Origin: Candidatus Dormiibacterota bacterium
GTDB lineage: Bacteria > Chloroflexota > Dormibacteria > Aeolococcales > Aeolococcaceae
DNA length: 64,000 nucleotides
Assembly (NCBI GenBank): GCA_963709585.1
Contig: CAVPXI010000007.1
Location: 96,001 to 160,000 of the forward strand
Direction of reading: 5' to 3'
The position numbers and the translations under genes are program-made. Shown here piece after piece: positions 9,480 to 20,383 of the stretch; the first letter of the stretch is position 1; each line of letters starts with the position of its first letter. The notes beneath the pieces were generated by a model. It saw nothing but the letters and a program-made list of their open reading frames with translations. It did no database searches and was not told the DNA's origin.

Positions 9480-12077
9480 TAAGCGATCGCGCTGCACCGG
9501 TTCGGCGCAGCAGCAGGTCGGCGACCAGGCCGGTCCACCCGGTCTGGTGCGATGCGCCGAGGCCCCTGCCCGGTCTCCGCGTGAAAGTACTCGTGGAACG
9601 GGATGGCATCCGCGAGGTCGGGCCGCGTGTAGAGATTGATGCCCGCGACCACCGGGCGCACGCCGTCCGGGCCTTCAGGAAGATGGATGCAAGACGCGCG
9701 GCGATGTCGTCTGCGACCGCGCCGAGGTGCGCCTGACGGCCCGACCCGCGCGGGTACTCGACGGTCCATGCGTCGCCGAGGAAGCGGTGATACACGCGAA
9801 GCGCCTCGATGATCAGGTGGTTGACTGGAAACCAGACCGGTCCACGCCAGTTCGAGTTGCCGCCATAGAGCCGCGAGGTCGATTCCGCGGGCTCGTAATC
9901 GAGCCGCGCGACAGTACCGCCGAGGTCGACCTCGAGCGGATGGTCGGCATGATATTGCGAAAGCGCGCGCAGGCCGTGGTCGCTCAGGAACTCCGACTCG
10001 TCGAGCACATACTCGAGAATGCGGCGCAGGCGGTCGGGGTCGACGATCGCGAGCAGGCGGCTTTCGCGCTGCGTCGTCCTCGACCTCGAGCGATACGGCT
10101 GCGGCGTAACGCGGTTTGAGCTTGATGAACAAGCGCAGCCGCGCCGCAAAATCCGGGAGCCGGCGCAGGGTGTCGTGACCGAGCGTCGTCGCGGCGCAGA
10201 GCGGGATGAGCCCCACGATCGAGCGCGCCTGGATCGGAATCCGCGTGCCGTCGGCGAGGTGCCAGCTGTCGTAGTAGAAGCCGGCATCCTCGTCCCAGAG
10301 TCCCTGTTCGTTCATGGCGGTCGCGATGGTCGCGAAGTGCTCGAAGAACTTCGTCGCCACATCCTCGTACGTGCGATCGAAGCTTGCGAGGATCAGGGCA
10401 ATCTCGAGGAGGTTGAGCGAGTACATGGCCATCCACGCGGTGCCGTCCGATTGCTCCAGGTGGCCGCCGGCGGGGAGCACCGCCGAACGGTTGAACGGGC
10501 CGACATTGTCAAGGCCCAGGAACCCGCCCTCGAAGATGTTGTTGCCCTCGGCGTCCTCGCGATTGACCCACCAGGTGAAGTTGATGAGCAGCTTGTGGAA
10601 GACGCGCGCGAGGAACTGGTAATCGGTCGCGCCGTCGATCTCGAAAACTCGCAGCGCAGCCCATGCGTGCACCGGCGGATTGACGTCGTCGAAGGACCAT
10701 TCGTAGGCTGGGAGCTGGCCGTTGGCATGCATGTACCACTCGCGACAGAGCAGGATCAGCTGCTGCTTGGCAAACTCGGGATCGACGTGGGCCAGCGCGA
10801 CGCACTGGAAACCCAGGTCCCAGGCGGCGAACCAGGGATATTCCCACTTGTCGGGCATGGAGAGCACGTCCGCGGTGTCGACGTGACGCCATCCGGCGTT
10901 GCGTCCCACGAGTCGCTCGGCGGGCGGTGCGGGTTCGGCCGGGTCGCCGTCGAGCCAGCGCGTCACGTTGTAGTGGTAGAACTGCTTGCCCCACAGCATG
11001 CCGCTGAGCGCTTGACGGACGACGAGGCGCTCGTCGGTCGTGAGAGGGTCGACCATCACGCTCGCGTAAAACGCGTCGGCTTCGCTGTGGCGGAGCTCGA
11101 GCGCAGCTGCCGCACCGCCGGCGGCGTCGGTCTCGCGGCGGCCGAATCGAAGCCTGATCAACGCATGCTCGCCGGGGTCGACGGAGAGCACGTAGTGCAG
11201 CGCCCCCTTGGTTCCGACCTGCGCGGGATTAACGGTCTGCGCAGCGTGGATCACGTGGTCGTTGATGCCGTCCTTGGGAAAGCCGCTGCGTGACGTCGAT
11301 CCCCAGAGGCGCTCGGCGTTGGACTCGTTGTCGCAGACCAGCGTCGTGTAGTCGCCGTCCCCGGTGAGGAACATCCGGCCCACCACCGTGTGGTCGGCGA
11401 CGATTCGTCCGTTCTCCACGTGCAGTGACGGAGTCGTGTCGGTGATGCCCCACGCCCATGTGTTGCGGAACCAGAGCGTCGGGAGGATGTGGAGGCTCTG
11501 GGTGGTGGCGCCGGTGTTGCGAGCGCACAATTCCAGGATGAGATCTTCGGGCGTCTCCTTCGCGTAGTCGAGGGTGATGTCCCAGAAGCCGCTGTCGAGC
11601 ACGCCGGTGTCCGCAAGCTCGTACTCGGGGTCGAGCTCACCGCGACGCTGGTTCTCGGCGAGCAGATCGTCGTAGGGAAACGCGACCTGCGGATAGAGAT
11701 ATCGCCAGCGCATCCACGAATGCGTCGGCGTCGAATCGACGTACCACCAGTATTCCTTGGCGTCCTCAGCCATGATTTCCCTGCGGGCCGGTCAGCCCGA
11801 AGATCCGCTCCTTGAGGATGGGATCGACGCCGTTCCAGAACGCGAACGCGAGACACAGCAACTGGTGCTCATCGCAGATCCCGCCAAGGCCCTCCTCGCT
11901 CCAGCGGAAGGCTCGCGAACGCGCCTGGTCGTGGGGAACGTAGCTCCAGGCGTCCCCGTTCGCGCTGTAGTCCTCGCGCACCGTGCCCCAGGCGCGCTCG
12001 CTGAGATACGGCCCCCAGCGCCGCCAGCCCGCCGGATCGTCGCGGAGCCGCGCGCGCTCGGCGTCGTGGTTGGTCAC
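9480..12077 (-). CDS. GH63/MGH1-like glycoside hydrolase; several frameshifts, 3' end approximate
   Basis: [62 protein letters not shown]. Confidence 0.87.
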
Positions 12078-12106
12078 GACCGTCCGGCCGCGGTGGCGTT
12101 CAGGCT

Positions 12107-13417
12107 CTAGCCCTGGACGGCCTGGTCCGCGATCGAGAGTGCGCCGTCGATGACCTCGAACCCGTGCGCCAGCTCCTCCGCGCTGATGCAGAGCGGCGGG
12201 TTGGTGTGGATCGAGTTGTTGGAGACCATCGTGTACACGCCGTGTTCCCGAAGATACATGGCGATGGCGGTCATCTCCGCGCTGGTCGCGTTGAACGCGG
12301 TCATCGGCGTATACGGCTCCTGCTTTCTGACCAGGTCGAGGATGCCGAAGAGTCCGAGGTTTCGGTGCGCGCCGACGCTGGGGTGCTTCGCTGCCAGCCG
12401 CTCGTGATGCGCGCGCATGACGGAGTCCATCGCGGCAGCACGTTCGATGAGGTGATCCTCCTCGTACACGCTCAAGGTCGCGAGCGAGGCGGCAAGTGAC
12501 ACCGGGTGGCTGGAGTAGGTGAGCCCGCCGTAGAACATCGTCGTATCGAACTTCTCGGCGATGTGCCGGCGCATCGCGACGGCGCCCAACGGAAGATACG
12601 AGGATGTGAGGCCCTTGGCCATGGTCATCAGGTCCGGGACCGTGTTCCAGTGCTCGATTGCGAACCACCTGCCGGTGCGCCCGAAGCCTGCCATCACCTC
12701 GTCGGCCACCATCAGGATGCCGTGCCGGTCGCAGAGTTCGCGAACGCCTTGAATGTAACCGTCCGGCGGTATCAGGATGCCGTTGGTGCCGACGATGGTC
12801 TCGAGGAATATCGCCGCGATGGTGTGCGGTCCCTCGTACATGATCACGTCCTCGAGACCGCGGAGGCTCTCCTCCACGGGTCGTGGCTCGCGCTCGCCCC
12901 AGCGATGGGTGTCGGGATACCGGACCACGCCGACGAGCCCCGGCTCCGTCGCCCAGCGGCGCGGATCGCCGGTGAGCGTCATCGCCCCCATGGTCGCGCC
13001 GTGGTAGGCGCGGTAGCGAGCGAGGATCTTGTAGCGCCCGGTGTACTGGCGGGCGATCTTGATCGCATTCTCGATCGCCTCGGCGCCACCGAGCGTGAAG
13101 AAGACCTTGTCGAGATCGCCGGGCAGGAGCCCGGTCAGCTTCTCGCCGAGTTGCGCTCGAATCTCGGTGACGAAGGCGGGCTGGACGAATTGCAGTCTGG
13201 TGGCCTGCTCGACGATGGCGTCGACGACCCGTCGGTCTCCGTGGCCGATGTTCACCGACATCAGCTGGCTGTTGAAGTCGAGAATGCGCCGTCCTTCCGG
13301 CGTGTACAACCAGACGCCCTCGGCATGATCGACGGCGATGGGATCGACCGCGCCCTGCACCGACCACGAGAAGAATGTGTGCTCCTTTGACAACCGCACG
13401 ATCTCTTCGCTGGTCAT
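12107..13417 (-). CDS. Class III PLP aminotransferase (omega-amino acid/taurine type)
   Basis: [37 protein letters not shown]. Confidence 0.9.
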   Translation of the reverse strand: MTSEEIVRLSKEHTFFSWSVQGAVDPIAVDHAEGVWLYTPEGRRILDFNSQLMSVNIGHGDRRVVDAIVEQATRLQFVQPAFVTEIRAQLGEKLTGLLPGDLDKVFFTLGGAEAIENAIKIARQYTGRYKILARYRAYHGATMGAMTLTGDPRRWATEPGLVGVVRYPDTHRWGEREPRPVEESLRGLEDVIMYEGPHTIAAIFLETIVGTNGILIPPDGYIQGVRELCDRHGILMVADEVMAGFGRTGRWFAIEHWNTVPDLMTMAKGLTSSYLPLGAVAMRRHIAEKFDTTMFYGGLTYSSHPVSLAASLATLSVYEEDHLIERAAAMDSVMRAHHERLAAKHPSVGAHRNLGLFGILDLVRKQEPYTPMTAFNATSAEMTAIAMYLREHGVYTMVSNNSIHTNPPLCISAEELAHGFEVIDGALSIADQAVQG

Positions 13418-13564
13418 CCGGCGTTGCTCGACCTGAACGCTCACGGGGTCCTGGACTCCTCTCGTCGAGACATCAACATGGCACAGTATCACCGTGTCAC
13501 ACGCTCGGGAATTCGGCATCGAGACCGGTACCCGCGAGCCTTTCGGACCCCGTGGGACAGGGAT

Positions 13565-14536
13565 GTGACCCTCCTCGTCGGAGTGGTCGAGGGCGATCCA
13601 CCAAGCCGCGACATCCTGGATCCGCGGCCGGATGTTCGATACGTCTTCGTCGATCCCGCGTCGCCGCTGCCGGCGGACGCCGCCGACGCCGACGCGCTGC
13701 TGATCTGGAACGTCCGCAGCGGCTACCTTCGCGAGCAGTGGAGCCGCTTCACCCGGCTTCGCTGGGTCCACGCGGGCACCGCCGGCGTCGAACGCGTGCT
13801 CTTCCCGGAGCTCGCCGCCAGCGACGTCGTGCTCACCAACTCGCGGTACGTCTTCGACCAGGCCCTCGCCGAGTACACGATCGGTCTGATGCTGGCCCTG
13901 AACAAGGACCTGCAGGCCACGTTCAGGCACCAGCTCGAGCATCGATGGGTGCAGCGTGAGAGCGAGACACTTTCAGGCAAGACCGTCGTGATGCTCGGCG
14001 TCGGTCCGATCGCACGGCGGACCGCCCAGCTGGCCAATGCACTCGGCATGTCGGTGCGCGGCATCGGGCGAACCGCACGCGCCGGCGATCCCGACTTCGG
14101 CGACATCGCCGCGTCCGATGCCCTGCCCGAGCTGTTCGCGGGCGCGGACTATGTCGTGATGGTCCTGCCCAGCACTCCGCAGACCGCCGGCATGGTCGGT
14201 GCCGCCGCCCTCGGCGCGCTCAAGCCGGCCGCGCGGCTCGTCAACGTCGGCCGTGGATCGACGCTCGACCAGGACGCGCTGTCCACGGCGCTGCGCGAGG
14301 GGCGGATCGCCGGGGCTGCCCTCGACGTCATGACCCCGGAACCGTTACCTGCTGACTCGCCGCTGTGGGACGTGCCGAACCTGATCATCTCGCCGCACAT
14401 GTCCGGCGACCACGCGGGCTGGCAGCGAGAGATCGCCGACCTGTTCACGAGAAACCTCGAGCGGTTCCAGCGCGGGGAGCCACTGCTCAACGTCGTCGAC
14501 AAGCGCCTCGGCTACGCGCCCTCGGAGCATCCATGA
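13565..14536 (+). CDS. D-2-hydroxyacid dehydrogenase
   Basis: LGVGPIA, VNVGRG, LDVMTPEPLP, SPHMSG. Confidence 0.9.
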   Translation: MTLLVGVVEGDPPSRDILDPRPDVRYVFVDPASPLPADAADADALLIWNVRSGYLREQWSRFTRLRWVHAGTAGVERVLFPELAASDVVLTNSRYVFDQALAEYTIGLMLALNKDLQATFRHQLEHRWVQRESETLSGKTVVMLGVGPIARRTAQLANALGMSVRGIGRTARAGDPDFGDIAASDALPELFAGADYVVMVLPSTPQTAGMVGAAALGALKPAARLVNVGRGSTLDQDALSTALREGRIAGAALDVMTPEPLPADSPLWDVPNLIISPHMSGDHAGWQREIADLFTRNLERFQRGEPLLNVVDKRLGYAPSEHP

Positions 14537-14571
14537 CGCTGGTCGGGTGATTTGCGTATGGTTGCGCCGCC

Positions 14572-14970
14572 ATGCCGGACGCTGACCTCAGCTCTGCCCA
14601 CGAGTTCGCCTCGGTCAAGGACATCGGGCCTCTGGCACTCATGGATGGCCTGCGCGTCCGGGCGGTCAATGGAGAGCGGATCACACTCGCCGTCTTCGAA
14701 CTGGATCCCGGAATCGCAATGCCCGAGCACCGCCATCCAAACGAGCAGGTCGGGGTCGTGGTGCGCGGAGAGTTCACCTTCACGGTCGGCGGTGAGACGC
14801 AGCTGCGCAAACCGGGCGACATGTGGGTGATCCCACCGGGCGTTCCACACGCGGTCGAGCGCGCCGGCGAGGCGGGGTGCACGATCGTGGAGACATTCTC
14901 GCCACCGCGAGACGACTGGGCGGACAAGCCCCGCCAGGCCCCGTCGGCCGATGGCTGGCCGCAACCCTGA
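14572..14970 (+). CDS. Cupin domain protein
   Basis: PEHRHPNEQ and IPPGVPH cupin motifs; ETFSPPR. Confidence 0.88.
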   Translation: MPDADLSSAHEFASVKDIGPLALMDGLRVRAVNGERITLAVFELDPGIAMPEHRHPNEQVGVVVRGEFTFTVGGETQLRKPGDMWVIPPGVPHAVERAGEAGCTIVETFSPPRDDWADKPRQAPSADGWPQP

Positions 14971-14982
14971 TCCAGCCTGAGG

Positions 14983-15198
14983 TCAGTCCCCGGTCGACCC
15001 CTCGGATGAGAACTGAAGTACGTGCATGTCCTCCAGCAGCCGGTCGGCAAGCCTGAGAAAGCGTCGCGTCCGCCACGCTTGATCCGCTTCTCCGGTGGTC
15101 AGCACTGGAACCGCCGCCTCTTTGATAACAAGCAGCAGCGCCTCGAGATCACGCATCAACCGCAGGACGCGCGTCCACGCGTCTTCCTGTTCGTTCAT
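14983..15198 (-). CDS. Hypothetical small helical protein
   Basis: 71 aa ORF filling the gap, purine-rich sequence before ATG; no recognisable motif. Confidence 0.45.
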   Translation of the reverse strand: MNEQEDAWTRVLRLMRDLEALLLVIKEAAVPVLTTGEADQAWRTRRFLRLADRLLEDMHVLQFSSEGSTGD

Positions 15199-15365
15199 TC
15201 CCCGTTCCCCTTCCGCCATGCCGAGTGGCACGCAGGAACATCTTCGCACATCTTGTGCTTCGTTTGGAGCGTTCGATCTTGACCAAGGGATCCGGGCCTC
15301 GCTGGCCCCGGGGTGCCGGCCGACTACAGTGGGGCCTCAGGCCGTCGCATGAACAGGGAGAAGCA

Positions 15366-15575
15366 ATGAAAATCAGCGCGCGCAACAAGCTGCCCGGCCG
15401 TGTCGAGCAGATCACCCGTGGAGCCGCCACCGCGAACGTGGTGGTCTCGGTCGCGGGCATGTCCATGACAGCCGCGATCACCGTCGATGCGGTCGAGGAG
15501 CTCGGCATCAAGGTCGGCAGCGAGGTCATCGTGATCGTCAAGGCGTCCGACGTCATGCTGGCCGTCGCCGAGTAG
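15366..15575 (+). CDS. Molybdate-binding Mop/TOBE protein
   Basis: MKISARNKLPG, AAITVDAVEELG, VKASDV; GGAG RBS. Confidence 0.92.
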   Translation: MKISARNKLPGRVEQITRGAATANVVVSVAGMSMTAAITVDAVEELGIKVGSEVIVIVKASDVMLAVAE

Positions 15576-15604
15576 CTCCCGGCCACCCGAGACGACCTCA
15601 GCGC

Positions 15605-16705
15605 TTAGAGATTGCCTCGAGCCGCCTGCTCGCGCTCGATGGACTCGAACAGGGCTTTGAAGTTTCCCTTGCCGAAGCCCTTGCACCCCTTGCGCTGGAT
15701 GACCTCGAAGAACAGTGTCGGACGGTCGCCGACGGGGCGCGTGAAGATCTGCAGCAGGTAGCCGTCGTCATCGCGGTCGATGAGGATGTTGAGCGAGCGC
15801 AGCCGGTCGAGGTCCTCGTCGATGCCCGCGGCCCTTTCCCCGAGTGCGTCGTAGTAGGCGCCGGGGGCAGTGAGGAACTCCACGCCGCGGTCATGCATCT
15901 CCTGCACCGTGCCGACGATGTCGTCCGTGTGGACGGCGATGTGCTGGATGCCGCTGCCGCGGTAATAGTCGAGGTACTCCTGGATCTGCGACTTCCTGAG
16001 CCCGACGTGTGGCTCATTGATCGGCATGGTGATCTGGGTGCGCGGGTCGCGCGCCACCTTTGAGCGCAGCGCGCTGTACTGGGTCGCGATGTCCTTTTCG
16101 TCGAATTCCTGGAAGACCGTGAATCCGAACACCTCTGAGTAGAACGAGATCCAGTCGTCCATCTTGCCGGTGTCGACGTTGCCAACCGTGTGGTCGATGA
16201 AGCGGAGTCCAACGCCACCGCCGCTGCGACTGTCGGCGCGGTACCCGGGCCAGAAGACGCCGGAATACTCGTTGCGCTCGACAAAGGTGTGGATGGTGTC
16301 ACCGAACGTCGCGATCGAGGCGGAGGTCACGACCCCGTGCTCGTCCTCGGCGCGTGCCGGCTCTGCAACGCTGCGCGCCCCGCGTGCGGTGGCCGCCTCG
16401 TACGCGGCGGTCGCGTCCTCGACCCGGAGCGCGATGGTGCGGACCCCCTCACCGTGGAGCCGAAGGTGCTCGGCGATATCGCCCTCGGGCTGGAGCGGCG
16501 CAGTGAGCACCAGGCGCACCTTGCCCTGCTCGAGGACGTAGCTCGCCCGATCGCGAATGCCGGTCTCGGGTCCAGCGTAGGCGACGATGTCAAACCCGAA
16601 GGCCTTGCGGTAGTGGTATGCGGCCTGGCGCGCGTTGCCGACCCACAGCTCGACGTGATCGGTGCCCTCGAGCACGGGCACGGCAACCTCGGCGACCTGA
16701 ACCAT
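15605..16705 (-). CDS. hppD: 4-hydroxyphenylpyruvate dioxygenase
   Basis: [50 protein letters not shown]. Confidence 0.96.
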   Translation of the reverse strand: MVQVAEVAVPVLEGTDHVELWVGNARQAAYHYRKAFGFDIVAYAGPETGIRDRASYVLEQGKVRLVLTAPLQPEGDIAEHLRLHGEGVRTIALRVEDATAAYEAATARGARSVAEPARAEDEHGVVTSASIATFGDTIHTFVERNEYSGVFWPGYRADSRSGGGVGLRFIDHTVGNVDTGKMDDWISFYSEVFGFTVFQEFDEKDIATQYSALRSKVARDPRTQITMPINEPHVGLRKSQIQEYLDYYRGSGIQHIAVHTDDIVGTVQEMHDRGVEFLTAPGAYYDALGERAAGIDEDLDRLRSLNILIDRDDDGYLLQIFTRPVGDRPTLFFEVIQRKGCKGFGKGNFKALFESIEREQAARGNL

Positions 16706-16712
16706 GTGGTTC

Positions 16713-16719
16713 TATTGTA
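16713..16719. promoter_or_regulatory. Overlapping back-to-back -10 elements for hppD and paaA
   Basis: TATTGT on + (16713-16718) and TACAAT on - (16719-16714) inside a 19-nt intergenic gap. Confidence 0.55.
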
Positions 16720-16724
16720 GGAGC

Positions 16725-17735
16725 ATGAGATCAAGCGGCCAGAACGACCCTGGCGGCGCGGAGAGCGCACCACCGGGCGGGTCGGCGCCGGGCGCCGTCG
16801 TGGATCGCCACGAAGCCGAATTCCAGGCACTGATCGACGCCGATCAGCGGATCGAACCGCGCGACTGGATGCCCGCCGGCTACCGGAAGACGCTCATCCG
16901 CCAGATCGCGCAGCACGCCCACTCCGAGATCATCGGCATGCAGCCCGAGGGCAACTGGATCACCCGTGCCCCATCGCTGCGGCGCAAGGCGATCCTCATG
17001 GCCAAGGTGCAGGACGAGGCCGGTCACGGCCTGTACTTGTACTGCGCCGCTGAAACGCTCGGCGTCGATCGCTCCGAGCTCATCGACCTCCTGCACGAGG
17101 GGCGCCAGAAGTACTCGAGCATCTTCAACTACCCGACGCTCACCTGGGCGGACGTCGGCGCGATCGGCTGGCTCGTCGACGGCGCGGCGATCACCAACCA
17201 GATCCCGCTCTGCCGCTGCTCCTTCGGCCCGTACGCGAGGGCGATGGTGCGCGTGTGCAAGGAGGAATCCTTCCACCAGCGGCAGGGGTTCGAGTTGCTC
17301 TACGCGATGTCGCATGGGACTCCCGAGCAGCACGAGATGGCCCAGGATGCGGTGAACCGCTGGTGGTGGCCGTCCGTCGAGATGCTCGGTCCCCCCGACA
17401 CCGAGTTGACGCACAGCGCGCAGTCGATGGCGTGGGGCATCAAGCGATTCTCGAACGACGAGCTGCGCCAGCGCTTCATCGACATGGTCGCGCCGCAGGC
17501 TGTCGTGCTCGGTCTGACGCCGCCGGATCCGGAACTTCGCTGGAACGAGGAACGCGAGCACTACGATTTCGGACCGTGCGACTTCGAGGAGCTGCGACGC
17601 GTGGTCAGCGGTGACGGTCCATGCGACCGGCAGCGCGCCGCGCATCACCTGAAAGCGCACGAGGATGGTGCCTGGGTGCGGGCGGCGGCCGCCGCCTATG
17701 CGGCCAAGCACGCGGCGACCAGCGCGGCGGCATGA
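16725..17735 (+). CDS. paaA: Phenylacetyl-CoA epoxidase subunit A
   Basis: [36 protein letters not shown]. Confidence 0.97.
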   Translation: MRSSGQNDPGGAESAPPGGSAPGAVVDRHEAEFQALIDADQRIEPRDWMPAGYRKTLIRQIAQHAHSEIIGMQPEGNWITRAPSLRRKAILMAKVQDEAGHGLYLYCAAETLGVDRSELIDLLHEGRQKYSSIFNYPTLTWADVGAIGWLVDGAAITNQIPLCRCSFGPYARAMVRVCKEESFHQRQGFELLYAMSHGTPEQHEMAQDAVNRWWWPSVEMLGPPDTELTHSAQSMAWGIKRFSNDELRQRFIDMVAPQAVVLGLTPPDPELRWNEEREHYDFGPCDFEELRRVVSGDGPCDRQRAAHHLKAHEDGAWVRAAAAAYAAKHAATSAAA

Positions 17736-18022
17736 GCGAGGAAACGCCTTCGCCGCTCTGGGAGGTCTTCATCCGCAGCAAGCGCGGGCTGTCCCACAAC
17801 CACGTGGGCAGCCTGCACGCCCCAGACGCCGAGATGGCGCTGCGCAACGCGCGCGACGTGTACACGCGGCGCATGGAGGGGGTGAGCATCTGGGTCGTCC
17901 CTTCGGCGCTGATCACCGCGTCATCTCCAGACGAGAAGGACTCGTTCTTCGACCCGGCGTCCGACAAGGCATACCGGCATCCCACGTTCTACTCGATACC
18001 GAAGGAAGTGCGGCAGCTGTGA
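17732..18022 (+). CDS. paaB: Phenylacetyl-CoA epoxidase subunit B
   Basis: [30 protein letters not shown]. Confidence 0.96.
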   Translation: MSEETPSPLWEVFIRSKRGLSHNHVGSLHAPDAEMALRNARDVYTRRMEGVSIWVVPSALITASSPDEKDSFFDPASDKAYRHPTFYSIPKEVRQL

Positions 18023-18783
18023 CCCTCGTGGTCGCCGGCGCGGCGGCCGTGTACACGCTGCGCGCCGCGGACGATTGCCTCGTGCTCTCGCACCGGCTGG
18101 CGCAGTGGTCGTCGTGGGCGCCGACCCTGGAGGACGACGTCGCCTTGACGAACATCGCGCTCGACCTGCTCGGCCAGGGGCGTGCGATGTACGCCCGCAC
18201 CGCCGAGCTCGACGGCACCGGCCGCTCCGAGGACGACTACGCCTTCATGCGAGATGAGCGCGAGTTTGTGAACTGTCTGCTCGTCGAACAGGAGAACGGC
18301 GACTTCGCCACGACGATCCTTCGCCAGCTCCTGTGTTCGACATATCAGCTCGCGCAGTGGCAGGCGTTGGTGACGTCGACGGACGATCAGGTCGCGGCGA
18401 TCGCCGCCAAAGCCGTCAAGGAGACGGCGTATCACCGCGACCATGCCACCGACTGGACGCTCCGCCTCGGCGACGGGACCGACGAGAGCCATCGCCGTAT
18501 GGACAGCGCCCTGGCAGCCCTCTGGCCGTTCACCGCCGAGCTTTTCGAGAGCGACTTCGTCGCCCGCGACGTTGCCGCCCTGGGCGTCGGTCCCGACCCG
18601 GAGACGCTCCGCCCCGAGTGGGAGGGGTATATCGGCCGCGTTCTCAACGACGCCACCCTCGTGGTACCGGAGAGTACCTGGAGGCCTTCCGGCGGGCGGC
18701 AGGGACTACACACCGAGCCGTTTGGGTACATGCTCGCCGAGATGCAACACCTTCATCGCTCATTTCCGGGTGTCACGTGGTGA
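18019..18783 (+). CDS. paaC: Phenylacetyl-CoA epoxidase subunit C
   Basis: EDDVALTNIALDLLGQ, KAVKETAYH, RLGDGTDESH, LAEMQHLHR. Confidence 0.95.
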   Translation: MTLVVAGAAAVYTLRAADDCLVLSHRLAQWSSWAPTLEDDVALTNIALDLLGQGRAMYARTAELDGTGRSEDDYAFMRDEREFVNCLLVEQENGDFATTILRQLLCSTYQLAQWQALVTSTDDQVAAIAAKAVKETAYHRDHATDWTLRLGDGTDESHRRMDSALAALWPFTAELFESDFVARDVAALGVGPDPETLRPEWEGYIGRVLNDATLVVPESTWRPSGGRQGLHTEPFGYMLAEMQHLHRSFPGVTW

Positions 18784-19259
18784 CCGCGAGCGAAGAGATC
18801 CGTCGCGTGGCCGGGGCGATCCCCGACCCTGAGATGCCTGCCCTGACCATCGCCGACCTCGGCATCCTTCGCGATGTCCGCGTCGACGCATCCGGGCATG
18901 TCGACGTCGACATCACGCCGACGTACTCGGGGTGCCCGGCGCTCGACACCATCCGTGAGGACGTCGAACGTTGTGTGCGAAACCAGGGCTACGCCGATGT
19001 CAGCGTGCGCATCGTGCTCTCACCCGCATGGACGACCGAGTGGATGTCCGAGGCCGGGCGAGTCAAGCTGCGCGAGTACGGCATCGCGCCTCCGCGTCAG
19101 CACGCCTTCGAGGTGACGCCGCTGACCATCGCGGTGCAATGTCCTCTGTGCAACTCGTCGCGCACTCACGAGCTGGCCCACTTCGGCTCGACCCAGTGCC
19201 AGGCGGTGCGCCAGTGCGATGCCTGCGGCGAGACCTTCCCGCACTTCAAGGAGCACTGA
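18780..19259 (+). CDS. paaD: Phenylacetyl-CoA epoxidase subunit D
   Basis: DPEMPALTIADLG, TPTYSGCPA, WTT, CPLC...CDAC.E.FPHFK. Confidence 0.95.
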   Translation: MTASEEIRRVAGAIPDPEMPALTIADLGILRDVRVDASGHVDVDITPTYSGCPALDTIREDVERCVRNQGYADVSVRIVLSPAWTTEWMSEAGRVKLREYGIAPPRQHAFEVTPLTIAVQCPLCNSSRTHELAHFGSTQCQAVRQCDACGETFPHFKEH

Positions 19260-19263
19260 GGGG

Positions 19264-20370
19264 TTGACCGCCACGCCGGTTGCGGAGGCATCCGCAGGGC
19301 ATCGGCGCGCCACCATCCATCCGCTGCGCGTGCAGGCTGTGGAGCCGCTCACCGACGATTCCGTGGTGATCGAGTTCGAGGTCCCCCCCGAGCTCGGGAG
19401 CGAGTTCGCGTTCATCCACGGGCAGCACGTCTCCCTCCGGTGCGAGGCGGCCGGAGACGACACCAGACGCAGCTATTCGATCTGCAGCGCCGCCGGATCG
19501 GGACGGCTACGGGTGGCCGTGAAACGGCTCCCGGGCGGGATCTTTTCCGCGTTCGCGATGGAACAACTCAGCGCCGGCGATGTCGTCGAGGTCGTGACCC
19601 CGATCGGCCACTTCAATACGCCACTCGATCCGAGCCATACGACCTCGTACGCAATGATCGCGGCGGGAAGCGGGATCGCGCCCATCCTGTCCAACGTCAC
19701 CACCATTCTCGCCGTCGAACCGCGCAGCACCGTCACGCTCATCTATGGCAACCGGACAGTCAAGGACATCATGTTCCTCGAGGAGCTCGAGGACCTCAAG
19801 AACCGGTACCCGGAACGGTTCGCCCTGTACCACGTGCTCTCGCGCGAGGAGCAGGAGGTGCCGCTCTTTCACGGGCATATCGACGCTGAGCGGCTGAACA
19901 TGTTCCTCGACCAGCTGGTGCGGCCCGAGGACGTGGACGAGTGGTTCCTCTGCGGGCCGCGAGAGATGATCAAGTCGACACGCGGCGTGCTCGTCGAGCG
20001 CGGTGTCGACGCGGACCACGTGCACGCCGAGCTGTTCCACGCGAAGGACGCAAAACCCCCACGCATCGGCGAGCAGCACGTCGCGGCAGGCGCGGCCGAG
20101 GTGACGATCATTCTCGACGGACGCAGCTCGACATTCCCCGTCGATCCGGATGGCGAACGGATCCTCGACGCCGCGCTGCGCGTGCGTTCGGACGCGCCGT
20201 ACGCGTGCAAGGGCGGTGTCTGCGGCACCTGTCGCGCGAAGCTGGTCAGCGGCAGCGTCGAGATGGACCAGCACTTCGCGCTCGAGCAGCGCGAGATCGA
20301 CGCCGGCTTCGTGCTCGCGTGCCAATCGCATCCCACCACCCCGAAGGTCGTTCTCGACTTCGACCAGTGA
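19264..20370 (+). CDS. paaE: Phenylacetyl-CoA epoxidase reductase subunit
   Basis: RRSYSIC, AGSGIAP, LCGP, PYACKGGVCGTC...LACQS. Confidence 0.95.
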   Translation: MTATPVAEASAGHRRATIHPLRVQAVEPLTDDSVVIEFEVPPELGSEFAFIHGQHVSLRCEAAGDDTRRSYSICSAAGSGRLRVAVKRLPGGIFSAFAMEQLSAGDVVEVVTPIGHFNTPLDPSHTTSYAMIAAGSGIAPILSNVTTILAVEPRSTVTLIYGNRTVKDIMFLEELEDLKNRYPERFALYHVLSREEQEVPLFHGHIDAERLNMFLDQLVRPEDVDEWFLCGPREMIKSTRGVLVERGVDADHVHAELFHAKDAKPPRIGEQHVAAGAAEVTIILDGRSSTFPVDPDGERILDAALRVRSDAPYACKGGVCGTCRAKLVSGSVEMDQHFALEQREIDAGFVLACQSHPTTPKVVLDFDQ

Positions 20371-20383
20371 TCGAGGATCCTGG

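Noticed and set aside
12077-13367. Apparent long N-terminal extension of the glycosidase (ORF 11766..13367)
   Set aside because: Alternate frame of the aminotransferase gene; glycosidase similarity only begins at about 12077.
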